A stretch of 63,171 nucleotides of DNA, filler included, from Basidiobolus ranarum (lineage: Eukaryota): the NCBI GenBank assembly GCA_040143965.1. It is 38 parts of 38 records of this genome, joined end to end, with 100 filler letters (N's around TTAATTAATTAA, not from the genome) between each part and the next. Parts side by side here need not be neighbours in the genome. Positions count along the whole stretch, not along the records: positions 11,704 to 13,273 come from JASJQH010004816.1; positions 13,374 to 14,943 come from JASJQH010004817.1; positions 15,044 to 16,612 come from JASJQH010004818.1; positions 16,713 to 18,281 come from JASJQH010004819.1; positions 18,382 to 19,950 come from JASJQH010004820.1; positions 20,051 to 21,618 come from JASJQH010004821.1; positions 21,719 to 23,286 come from JASJQH010004822.1; 31 more parts are not named here. One strand, 5' to 3'. Every line of letters begins with the position of its first letter. The first letter of the stretch is position 1. Of the stretch, positions 11,785-23,286 are shown piece after piece. The notes beneath the pieces are model-generated. The model searched no databases. It worked only from the letters and a program-made list of their open reading frames with translations, and had not been told where the DNA came from. The position numbers and the translations under genes are program-made.

Positions 11785-13373
11785 AGTCTTCATAGATTAG
11801 AATTTTAGATCAATTCGTTAAATCCGAGTTTAGATGAAGATGAAATATGATTCCACTTTGAATCAAACCCTCTATAATATCTAGAGATGTAAATGTATAA
11901 AGAAATCTCAACATTCAATCAACAATCCACATTTGAACCAGATTGTATAGAAGTAATTTAGTCACTAACTCGATACAGTTACTCATACTCTCTTAGTTTG
12001 CGCAAGAATTTATGTCAACCTCCGGAATATTTACCCGAAGAGGCAATGAATTTCGAAGTTGTTTACACGAGGTTAAAGATACTGGGATATAATTTCCTAA
12101 ACGGGTGAATTGCAAAACATTCTTCCATATGGAAATGCTCATGTTTTTTATTTGTTTATCAATAGTAACAATAAAGATAATGTTAAGCAGTGAATGACTG
12201 AAGTATTTTTTAATGATCAATTATGGAACATAATCCTGTAACACTAACCCTAAATACGATGAATCGTTTGATTCCAATTTTATCCACGCACGTGTGATTA
12301 ACCTGATTTGATGCAACTTTTAGCTATAGCAATTAATTTGACACTCTCAGCAATCAATTAATGGGTTTATAAAACCACGGACTAGTTACACAGCATTAAT
12401 CTGGAATATGCAGATACTAACCAGATATGTTCAACTGCTTATTCTTCCAGTTGATATAGTATGTATTGTAGCAAATCCATTCACTATGCAATTTCAACAA
12501 ACTCGGTTCATCTAGAATTTCGATTTATTCATTTAATTAAAACTCGTTTCTAACTTCTTCAGGATTCAATTTGTAACACATACTTTCTTGTCCTACACTA
12601 TCCTAGTTATACTATGTAATATGTATCAAGTTTTCTAAGCAATGGCCAACAATCTTAACGAGGATACAAAGATATGATATGGAATAGCGGCTATACTGCA
12701 TACTGACCAAAGATTTCAACTTTTCTTCAATAGGATCCAATTCAAAGACTAAGCAGGTTTTGGATTATCGATATCTAAGCATTTACTTATGCTTGTGTCT
12801 ATATTAACTCAACCCTATTAGTGACTCTATCAGTGAAATATTTAACAGTAATTCAGACTGAATAGTGTATGTGATTTAAACATACAGATATAAGATATAG
12901 AGAATATTATACAAGTTCAAGCATCTTCCCATCTGAGCAGAGAGCAGATTTGAGTATGTTATTATTCACATTTGCCATATATTCTTGGCCGCTGTTACTG
13001 CAAATGATGTTATACAAGCCGACGATCCCATCTTCGAACGCATCACATGTATATGAAGTAACCGTATCATGACCACTAACGATTTACCCTAATTTTTTCT
13101 GCCTTGACTTTGAGCCCATCAGGTTACCATTGACTTTGGTAGTTGACTATCACCATTGCTGGATTGAAGAAAAACCTTATTGAAGAAAGTGATAACTCCA
13201 ACTTTGTCGGCAGGGGCGAAGAGATTTTGCCATATACGGGCCAGGTGAGAAAAGTTATTTTAGTACGGCTATTNNNNNNNNNNNNNNNNNNNNNNNNNNN
13301 NNNNNNNNNNNNNNNNNTTAATTAATTAANNNNNNNNNNNNNNNNNNNNNNNNNNNNNNNNNNNNNNNNNNNN

Positions 13374-14943
13374 TTTTGATGTGAGGAGCGGTTTGAATAG
13401 CAATGAGTGGTTTGCTGTTTTAATAGTGATACTTTGTTCAATCCTGCATTTGGTTAGTGATTGGATTGGAGATACTTTGTTCAACCCTGGTATTGATCTT
13501 GTTTGTTATTGATTATGATTTATATGTGTGACTATATTTAGTTTTCTTTGTTTCCAATAAAGCAATTAAAATCCAATTTACATATATGCATTGACAAAAT
13601 CTAACAAAGAAATCAATTTTGAAGCAACCTGTGACATTTGAAAGTGGCATTGGTTATAAAAGCTACTGGATTAAATGTTGAAAGACCAAGAGATGGCAAT
13701 TTGGATACAAGTTGTACAGTAATGTGGCCAACCATTAGTATGTTGTTGTGAGAAAATGTGCGTAGTATAACTCTGTAAAAAAAGACCCTGACCTTCACTG
13801 AGGACACTAGGCATATTTGAGTACAAGGATGTAGTACTATAGTGACATAGTTGAGAGTACTGAGGCATTTTTGGGAAAACCAAGGCATCTTTGGGAGCAT
13901 TGATATATTTATATATCAGAGCTTTTATTTACACAACCTAAGTCACAATGGTGATATTGCGGGATATTTATACTACATATTCTGGTCAGGCCAACCAATA
14001 TGGACCCATATTTATTCCAAGATTGATCCTTTGATGGAGTAGCATAACATAGATTTATCAGTTGTGAAATAATTGGTCATAATCCTTTGTCTAGATGGTA
14101 TAGTAACAAAGTTGACACTCATAATACATTGGAACTGCAACCCTTTAGCATATTACCCTAGGATATGCATGTATTATTGATGTGGATATGGCAATACAAC
14201 ATACTGTCACTGGCTTGATCAATCAGGGATAAAAGTTATGGCTGCCATTCTTGGCTATTTTATTTACAAAATAGCCAAGCTAGTTGATATGGTAGCAATT
14301 CTATACCAGCATAAGATGGTTCTTAATGTAAGGTTCAATTCCTTGCTATGCCTTATCTTTGTGAAGGTTTATGCAAATGTGCTAGATTTGCAGCCACTAC
14401 AATACAGTCACAGGGTGAAAAATGGCTCATAGAGTAACTTACTTTAATAAAGACTATGTTGAAAATTAGGCCATATATTGACTGAAGAGGTGATATAAAC
14501 AATTACTCTCAGAGAATGCTGCTCTTACCAGGTTTATTACAGTACCCAATTAAAGATCCAAGAAAACAAGAAAGATTAGGGAGTGGATGCTGAATTGCAG
14601 AATAAGAATCCTTCACTCCAATTTAGTATATGTGAGGTGGAATGTTTACTAGCCTAACAAAAGCTTCTCTTGGTTCTGAGCTTCCAATTGCTTGGCAATC
14701 TCATATGCTACCACCCCACCATAAGAATATCCAGCTACAGCATTGTAGTTGTTTTAGGGTGTAAGCAGCAACTATAACTGCAATATCCTAAGGGTTTTGT
14801 GAGGTGTCCAAAGGGTGCAATAACCACGGTCAAATAACTCTGGGATGTACTGAAATTTGGGTCTGTCTCTTGCCTCTTGGGTCTTTGTGAAAGGGAATCA
14901 AGCCTCTAGAAATGTCTAAGGACTGATAAACCACAATGCAATG
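13374..14943. repeat. CpG-depleted degenerate repeat DNA, unclassified; part matches the short LTR-like insert at 57190-57341
   Basis: No long ORF. 14745-14815 (gtaagcagcaactataactgcaatatcc...gtgtcca) is the reverse complement of about 57260-57330. Confidence 0.45.
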
Positions 14944-15043
14944 NNNNNNNNNNNNNNNNNNNNNNNNNNNNNNNNNNNNNNNNNNNNTTAATTAATTAAN
15001 NNNNNNNNNNNNNNNNNNNNNNNNNNNNNNNNNNNNNNNNNNN

Positions 15044-16612
15044 ATTATCTTGCAAAGTTATTCACAACTCCACTTTTCTAAAGTTCCTCCAAACAGCCCA
15101 TATTTTCCCAATAATTTTTATATAGTACTTTCACACTATCATAGCTTAGATGACCCAAGTTCTGATGCCAAGTCATCAAGTTTCCAGAAGTAATTGTTGC
15201 AAAGTTAGAAACAGTCTCAGTCATTGGTGTAATATCCTGGTGATATAGATTATCAATTCTTGTTCCAATTGCTACTATCAAGTCCTTTGATTTGTATATG
15301 GTTGCTTTTCTTTGGCTGAATTTGACATCATAACATTTCTTTTCAATTGCTCCAATTGAAAATAGATTTGTTGTAAACGATTGAATATATAAGACATCTT
15401 GCAAGGTTACCATTACACATTTGGTTTACTTATTTGTAAGTCAAGTGTGATCTTTCCCATACCATATGCAACCAGTTTGTTTCTTCCAGCCACTGTGATG
15501 TCCAGAGGTTCTATTTCCTTATAGTCATGCATTATGTTTCTATTGTGACACATATGACCACTTGCACCTGAATCCAGAATCCATAAATCAGCAGAGTCAT
15601 TTCCTGATTTAGTGGTTGCCATAAGTACATAGTGTTCATTTCCTCTTTTAGTGGTGTTGTATGCTTCCTCTTTCTTTGAAACCTACTTCTTCTTTGATCT
15701 GCAATAACATGAAATGTATCCAAGTTTTCCACATTTGTAACATTTCACAGTGCTTCTATCTGATTGGCTATTCTGAGAATAAAATGCTTGTGTAGGTTTT
15801 GTTTCATTTGCAAGCTGACTTTTATCTTTGCCTTTAAATTCTTCTTGACATAGATGTGTGATCAGATAATGCTGAGTAAGCTTATCCTCAATTGCTTCCA
15901 AAGTGAGTACAAGGGCTCAACATGATTCAGGGAGACAATTAATTATGGTAAGAATTATGTCCATTTCAGATACTTCATAATTCACTGATTCCTGTTGTTG
16001 GGCAAGTTTCTTGACACCATTTACATATGTCACAATATCTGAATTGTCAGACTTGCAAGAGTTTAAGAATTTTCTTTATAGCATCATCAAGTGGGCAAGC
16101 CCTTTTTGCTTGTGATATTCCACTAGGATTTCCCATGAATTCTTGGCTGAGTCAGCATCTCAGACTAGCATAAGTTATGATCCCAGTCTTAGACATATTT
16201 GCCTAAATGTCAATCTGTCTTTTTCTTTGAAGGTTGCCATGGCTGCTTTATGTGTTGGCTTCTTTGTTTCAGTGTCAGTATCTGTACTTTCTTCTTCAGA
16301 AGTTTCTTCTTGATCATCTGGTTGAACTACTTCCCAAACATGATTCCCTTCAAGCACCAGTTGCTTCTTGGATTTCCATTCATGGAAATCTTCCCCATGG
16401 AATGTTGGAATATTAGTAATCTCCTTTTGGGAAGAAGATTCTAATTCATTTGCTGCTACCATGTTGGAGGATCTTGATATAATGAGGGTAGACTTTGTGT
16501 ATTAGAAGTAACTTATGATAGTGTGTTTTAGTTACATTATTCTTAAGAGTAAATGGTGACTTATATTTTAGAAAAGTAAATTAATTGTTTGAGATATACA
16601 GGAGTTTTTGTA
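15044..16612 (-). mobile_element. Ty1/copia family B: LTR end, PBS, gag (CCHC), protease, GAG-pre-integrase
   Basis: LTR ...caagatcctccaaca ends at 16462, followed by PBS TGGTAGCAG. Motifs: IPTFHGEDFHEWK, CYKCGKLGYISCYC, WILDSGASGHM and WHQNLGHLS. Confidence 0.9.
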
Positions 16613-16714
16613 NNNNNNNNNNNNNNNNNNNNNNNNNNNNNNNNNNNNNNNNNNNNTTAATTAATTAANNNNNNNNNNNNNNNNNNNNNNNNNNNNNNNN
16701 NNNNNNNNNNNNAC

Positions 16715-16935
16715 CAATTACGCCAGCAGCAAATGCAACAATTACAGCATCAACATCAACATCCTCAGCACGGCAACGGGGTAAAGTCAATGGTTTCACA
16801 ATCATCATTTTAAACAATTTTGACCTTGTTTTTTTTCAGGATGCAACTGAACAAACCCTAAGCAGTCTGGGGATACATCAACACTCTCACTCTCAAGGAG
16901 AATTGAATGATGGATCTTTCCTCCTTCCTGTCTAA
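16715..16935 (+). CDS. 3' end of a Gln/His-rich host gene with one intron (16781-16839)
   Basis: QLRQQQMQQLQHQHQHPQHGNG | GTAAAG...ttttttCAG (59 nt) | DATEQTLSSLGIHQHSHSQGELNDGSFLLPV*. Splicing keeps the frame open. Confidence 0.65.
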
Positions 16936-17343
16936 CCGAAGCCTTTATTTGCATTATAGTCAACCCTTCAAGTATACTTCACTGTTTTCCAATACACATA
17001 TATGTATCCATGTGATCATGTCACAAAAAGAAGAGACCCTATTCATCACTCGAATTACTCTACAAATCTCCTTTTTTTAATTGGAGCACCACTGCGACTT
17101 CTTACGAATGCCTCTTTATATGCTGCACTACGTTTCTTGCCTTTTCTTATTGCTCTTTCTTATAATATCTCTTCCGGTCGTTGTTGTCAACGTATTAATA
17201 TCTTCATTATTACTTCAGTTCGTCCAAAGATCATCCAATCCTTTTGTGTTTTTATTTTCTAAATGGGATAACGTACTCCTACCTCCTACAACTTCACCAA
17301 TTCTAAAGAGAAAGTGTTCAAAGACTTACTCTGTACCAAATGT

Positions 17344-18281
17344 TTAGTGTTGCGATAACCACACAGGATTGTTTGCTTTTTTCGTTGGTCGACTGCTGCT
17401 AGCTGACGAGATACCCTTTCTTTTATAGCTGGTAGAGAGAGGTTCCTTCAATCTGCAAAAACGTTCTGGTCTTCCTCCATTTGAGCGCAAGTTAAAAAGA
17501 ATATGTCTAAAGTTCAAAGTAGCAGCCAGGTCACGAGTCCAAAGACGATGGTGAGAAACTTCAGTAGTTGCCTCAGTAGTATTGGTCACGACCTTTAAAC
17601 ACTGTTGGTTTTTGCACCTGAGCAGAAATTGGGTTTGAATTTGGAATTTTTCACTTGCATGTAAAAAGCGTTTACCTTAAAAGGCCGTGACGATATACAA
17701 TAGGATACTTTTCTCTTTTGTATGGTCTAGGATATTGTACCTTTTGAAACTTTTCCAGTTCACCGTTCTGACAAGTAGGGCGTAGACTTGAAGTTTTAAA
17801 CTCGTCAAGGAGATATAGCTGGAAGCCTCCTTTGGCTAGCATTTTTCTCATTCCGGCGCCTCTATTGGGCTCACGATACTTTACATTTTCAGCCGACCAG
17901 CTACCAAGTATTAACATAGTATCATTCCGAAACTTCTCTCGAAGATTCTTGGCAAGCCGTTTGTCTGATTGTAGTTGGTTAATGAAACTTGAGAGCTTCA
18001 TTTTTCTAAAAGGTAACAATCCCCTGATATGCCGGTCTTCTCCTGCAGGACGATCTTCATTTCAAGTAATACGCTCTCATGACCAGAGTGACTTTGGCTT
18101 TTTCTTGAGAAGATACTCGGCAAACTTGTCTTTATGGCCGCCGTAATCTCTTTCTCGCTTCCCCCGTTCTTCTTCATTTCGCTTTCCAGCGCTTTGATTC
18201 TTTCGTTCTTCTTCAAGAGCAAGTTAAGAAACATTCTGACTTTGTTTTCGACTTGAAGGTTGCTACCTTTCAGATAAGCTG
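17344..18281 (-). mobile_element. Fanzor1 (eukaryotic TnpB-like RNA-guided nuclease) gene remnant with intron 17618-17675, internal deletion and frameshift
   Basis: PFRKMKLSSFIN...LILGSWSA...EPNRGAGMRKML...LLDEFKTSSLRPTC...HGLLR|CKNQQC...RLWTRDLAATLNFRHIL. This has the relocated RuvC-II Glu (DE..TS) before the zinc ribbon and the RuvC-III RD..A..N motif typical of fungal Fanzor1. Confidence 0.85.
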
Positions 18282-18508
18282 NNNNNNNNNNNNNNNNNNN
18301 NNNNNNNNNNNNNNNNNNNNNNNNNTTAATTAATTAANNNNNNNNNNNNNNNNNNNNNNNNNNNNNNNNNNNNNNNNNNNNCTGGGGTTCATGTATCTGA
18401 GCTGTGCAGGCATAGGCCCAAATTTGGGACTCATTGATAGAGTAATCGGAGCTATTTCTGATCAAATTTGATCTCCTGGTTTGGGATAAAGGTACTACAA
18501 CTTCTGGT

Positions 18509-19950
18509 TATTGAAATTAGCATTGCCTAAACACCTATATAGCCATATATAGCTTAGTACTTAGTTATCTTATAATTCACTAATATATTATCAATTATTC
18601 CCAATTGGAATTTACTTAGAATATTTTTACTAACTTAGAAGTTCTCAGATATATAGACTTTTCAAACTTATGCTAGAAGCCCCCAACTGTGCACACATGT
18701 TCCTGGGACCTTCCTTTACACATTCTATATGTTTGTTTGTTTACATCTTGACAAAACTATAAATGTCAACTTTGTACTCAAGTAATCAATATGTGAAAAA
18801 CCACCAATTCCTCTAATTCTTCAAACCACTTCTAACAGGCTCCCAAATACTTTAACAGGCTATGTGCCCCAAGCTTGCACTCTCTGTAATGTCTACTTCT
18901 AAAATTTATGGAACTTTTCCCTCTTCTGAAAAATTGGATGGAGCCAATTATCAAGTTTGTAAAATTGAAATGAACATGCTGCTGCAAGAAAAAGGACTTT
19001 GGGGCACTATTGTAGGAAAAGAAAACAATGCAAAACTATCCAAAACTGAAGTTTCAGGACAAGTTAAAAAGAACAAAGTGCCTTTAAAACAATTTGTCTT
19101 AATCTTAAAGACAAATTGCTAATTCAATGTTCAGGAGCTAAAACTGCCAAGAAGGTATGCAAAGCCTTGGAAGACACCTACCAAACAAGTTCTGCTGCCA
19201 ACAAGATGCTTCTAAGTAGACAATTCTTTAACTTAAAGATGAAGCCAGGAGAAGACACTAAATCACTAATTAATAGAGTCACTATTTTAGTGCATGAAAT
19301 GGAATGCATTGGTGTACCTACCACTGATCAAAATATCATGGTTACAGTCCTGAATAGCCTGCCACACAAGTTTCAGAGCCTAGTATTGGCTCTAGAACCA
19401 AGAACTGAAAATTGACCTTAAATTATGTATTTGGCAGACTTCTGGATGAAGATTTATGCTAATCAGGACTCAACCAAAAGAATGAGGAAAATGCTTTAAT
19501 AGGTTATGGGAAACCTACCTATAAAGATTAAAAGCACTTGGAGAAGAAAAGTAACATATTCTGTGATTACAGTAAAAGAACTGGCAATTTAAGCAAAGAT
19601 TGCTTTACAAGAATTGCAAAAGAAGAAAAACATACTGAATCTGGAAATATGGTCACAACAGAAGAACACTTGTTCATATCTGCTCTATCTATGACTACCA
19701 ACAAGGATTCTCAGATGTGGTATATTGATTCTGAAGCTTCCCAACATTTCAAAAATGAAAAACATTGGTTTGTGGAATATGAAGAAATCCCAATTAGAAA
19801 AGTCTTCATGAGAGATGACCGCACATTGGATGCTATTGAAATGGGAACAATTCAAGTCAATTTAACTGGAGTTTCTGAAGAGAAAGTATATACTTTTAAG
19901 GATGTACTACATGTTCCAGATATTGCCAAGAATTTAATATCTGTATGCAA
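18509..19950 (+). mobile_element. Ty1/copia family A: complete 5' LTR (18509-18857), PBS, gag, protease
   Basis: LTR tattgaaattagc...tttaaca (about 349 nt), PBS ggctatgtgcccc, then KLDGANYQV, SSAANKMLLSRQFFNLKMKPGE and WYIDSEASQH. Confidence 0.9.
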
Positions 19951-20050
19951 NNNNNNNNNNNNNNNNNNNNNNNNNNNNNNNNNNNNNNNNNNNNTTAATT
20001 AATTAANNNNNNNNNNNNNNNNNNNNNNNNNNNNNNNNNNNNNNNNNNNN

Positions 20051-21618
20051 TTTTGTTGTCTCCTTGATATTTTCATGGAAGGAACTTTGCTTGAAACTCT
20101 GCGCTGAGTTAGTTGGTTTGATCCTGTTGAAGTCCCTCAACCTTGACCCGCATGAGTTGTGGCTTGAGGTCAATGAGCTGTGGTATGCATTGGCTTGGCC
20201 AGTCAAGTTTGCAGTTGGTTTGTATCTACAGTCTCTTCTTCAGATGTGGAGCCTTCACTTAATGGGTTAACCAACCATTGCTGCTGGTGCACAGCTCTAC
20301 GCATTGACCTGGAATGTCTCACTTGAGGTTTGTGCTTAACAGTTATTGATTCTTTAATCATAGTAAAAGCTTCATCTCTTTCGACTGGCTGTGGCCACAG
20401 TTGCATGGCAGTATGTGTTACAGCAACTTGTCTACCTTGTGGTTTTTTTTGGCAATTCTTGCCTCTTCAACCATATCAGAAGCTTCATCTCTTTAGACCT
20501 GCTATGGCCACAGTTGCATGGCAGTACATCTTGGAGCAAGTTGTCTACCTTGTACTTTGTGTTTGGTAGCTCTTGCCTCTGCAACCATGATAGAAGCTTC
20601 ATCTCTTTTGACTGGCTGCCATGACCTCTGTTGCATGGAGGATCACATTGCAACAGATTGTCTACATTGAGGATTGTGTTTGACTGTTGTGGCTTCTTCA
20701 AGCTCAGTAAGAGCTTAACTATTTCTCTCAAACACCTGTTGTCTTGGCCTCATGGGTGTACACATTGTAACAGATTGCTGTCTTGGTAGGTCACTCTCAG
20801 GTGTCAGATCTTCATCCAATAAAGTGGAAGGGTCAATACTCTTGCAGTTGGCCATTGTTGCTGTTGTGCTGTAGTACACTTCAAACTGGTATGTCTTTCT
20901 GGTTGCTAGCTTCTTAGAGCTGACTCTTCTCCAGATGTAAAAAGCTGATTGGTTGGCTTGGTTCAAGCAGGTAAGTTGCATGCTATGAGGCATGAGAATG
21001 TGTGCCATCCTCTTTCTGGTTCTTCATTGACTGCTTGCTCTTCATCAAAAAAAGGAGAAACATCACAGACTCTTCCAAGCTGGCATTGCTGTTGATGTGT
21101 ACTACTAGCTAATGAACCAAATCATTGGGCTCTTGCTCTTGTTGGAGTTGTTACCTCAATTCTAGTGGCAAATTGCGTAGATTATCCTTGTTACATAGAT
21201 GCCTTGTCAGGGGTCTCTTCCATTTGGAGTGATCCAGTATGTCTGTGCCATGGTCTAGACTGCTTCAATTTGCCTGTGGGAATATCTATTGATTCTACAG
21301 ACTTGCTTTTCTCTTTAGACATCTGTATATTACTGCTGCCATAGTATCTTGAAATGTTGTTTTGAGCTCTGCAACCTCCATCAACAGTTGCTGCAAAGTC
21401 TCATTGAGTAGTTGTAGATATGTATTCAGAACATCATTGGTCTCTAAAGTTGAGGCTGCAAAGGTCACTTCCAGTCCATACAAGCAAAAACACAATTGGA
21501 ATTGTGTCTTTGCAGACTCAAAATCATAATTCCTATTTCTCTATTCATGCTTTCTATTCTCATTTGTCTTATTGTATATTTTCTTGCAGATTTCTGAAGG
21601 CTTGAAGATTTAGTATTC
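20051..21618 (-). repeat. Unclassified decayed interspersed element containing an approximately 114-nt (38-codon) internal tandem repeat
   Basis: agcttcatctc recurs at about 20368, 20481 and 20595. A second copy of one part lies at 5019-5200. CpG-depleted like the TEs. Confidence 0.6.
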
Positions 21619-21718
21619 NNNNNNNNNNNNNNNNNNNNNNNNNNNNNNNNNNNNNNNNNNNNTTAATTAATTAANNNNNNNNNNNNNNNNNNNNNNNNNN
21701 NNNNNNNNNNNNNNNNNN

Positions 21719-22059
21719 CTTGTATTTTTTGATTCTCATTATGGCTGGAATACAAAGCCTAAAATATCTAAATAAGGGCATGCATATTAATTTGAATTCC
21801 TACAGCAGTAAACCCAGTAATTTGCCATTTGAAAATTATATTTTGCAAAAGTTGCTGGATACTAAATGACACATGCCAAATTTGATGATCAATATTTTAA
21901 CATGTATGAATACCATTAAGATACCATCAGGAAACAGCCGTCATACCATCAAAATCCCTGGCAGAATCAAGCCAGCAATATTGTGACGGTTCTCTGATGG
22001 TTTTGCTATTTTGGATGGTGGAACTGATCTGGATCAGAGCAATTTTATTTTTGTAAGGG
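21719..22059 (+). mobile_element. CACTA element right end (transposase 3' end to terminus ...tttttgtaaggg)
   Basis: Matches the right-end copies at 26508, 27281 and 43908 (CCCTAACAAAAATAAAATTG, reverse). Confidence 0.75.
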
Positions 22060-22069
22060 AAAGTGTAGC

Positions 22070-22840
22070 AGTGACCTTGAAGGATGTCTTATATATCTCA
22101 ACATTTGCAACAGATCGGTTTTCAATTGGAGCAATTGAAAAGTAACATCATGATGACAAATTCAGCCCAGGAAAAGCAACCTTATACAAATCAAAGGACT
22201 TGATAGTAGCAACTGGAAGAAGAGTTGAGATTCTACATCACCTGGATATTGCACCAATAACTGAGACTGTGTCTAACTTTGCAACAATTACTCCTGGAAA
22301 CTTGATGACTTGGCATCAGTGCTTGGGTCATCTAAGCTACAATAGTGCAAATTTTTATATAAAAATAGCTTACATACTAGATGTGAAAGCCGTATTCAAG
22401 GGAAAATCACCAGAAAACCATTTCCAAAAGAAGGAGCTAGCAAAGCCAAAGATCTATTGGATCTTATTCATAAAGACTTATGTGGCCCAATGCAAACTCT
22501 GACACCAAGTAAGCAATGATATTTACTCATCTTTATTAATGATAAATCTCACTTCACAGTTTCATGTCTTCTGTTGAGCAAAGGAGAAGTGTTTCAATAT
22601 TTTGAGATATATGAAGCAATGGTCACAACCATAACAGGATGAAAAATCAAATACCTATGCAGTAATAATGGAAATGAATTTAGCAATGAAGCCATGACTC
22701 GCTTTTGTCAAAAAAAGGGAATTCAGCAGCAATTTACTATTCCATACAGTGCTGAACAAAATGGAGTTGCAGAAAGGATGAATACAACTTTAGTAGAGTA
22801 AGCACATACAATACTGATTGATTCAGATCTGCCTAAGACT
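22070..22840 (+). mobile_element. Ty1/copia family B GAG-pre-integrase and integrase remnant
   Basis: WHQCLGHLS, and IPYSAEQNGVAERMNTTLVE (rve core) read from 22739-22797. Confidence 0.8.
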
Positions 22841-22854
22841 GTCACAACAAGAAA

Positions 22855-23286
22855 CCCTAACAGAGACTTGAGGATTGTTATTGTAGGAAAACCGTCACAA
22901 TTTTAATCCATTTGGGATTGACTGATTACTTACCGTCATAAAATCATCAAGTTAGATTTGATGCCCAAATGGTTGTTTGGCTTTCACTGGTGATCTGAAA
23001 AACCTGAAGTCATGTACTGTTCGCACACAATTAGTAATCACTGAATCAGGTAAACATTGTTCATATTTGGCTTACATGCCATTGATTCCCCATCTTAAAG
23101 TTTTGATGAAATCACCCAAATATAGATCATTAATCCAATACTAAAGTACTCACCGTAAAGCCGATGGTATTACGCATATACTTGATGGATATCACTACCA
23201 GAATCTGAAAAGTCAAGGTTTCTTTGAGAACACATATGATCATGCATTTGCATTGGCTCTGGATGGTTTCTCACTAAACAAATATA
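22855..23286 (+). mobile_element. CACTA left terminus (CCCTAACAGAG...) fused to an internal transposase segment
   Basis: Left-end consensus ccctaacagaaatttgaggattgttattgtaggaaaaccgtcac, then sequence homologous to 36220-36545. Confidence 0.75.

Noticed and set aside
12900-13273. Possible minus-strand gene remnant (DAFEDGIVGLYNIICSNSG...)
   Set aside because: Stops upstream and no confident family match.
17344-19950. Fanzor being carried by the adjacent copia element
   Set aside because: They are on different contigs separated by a linker.
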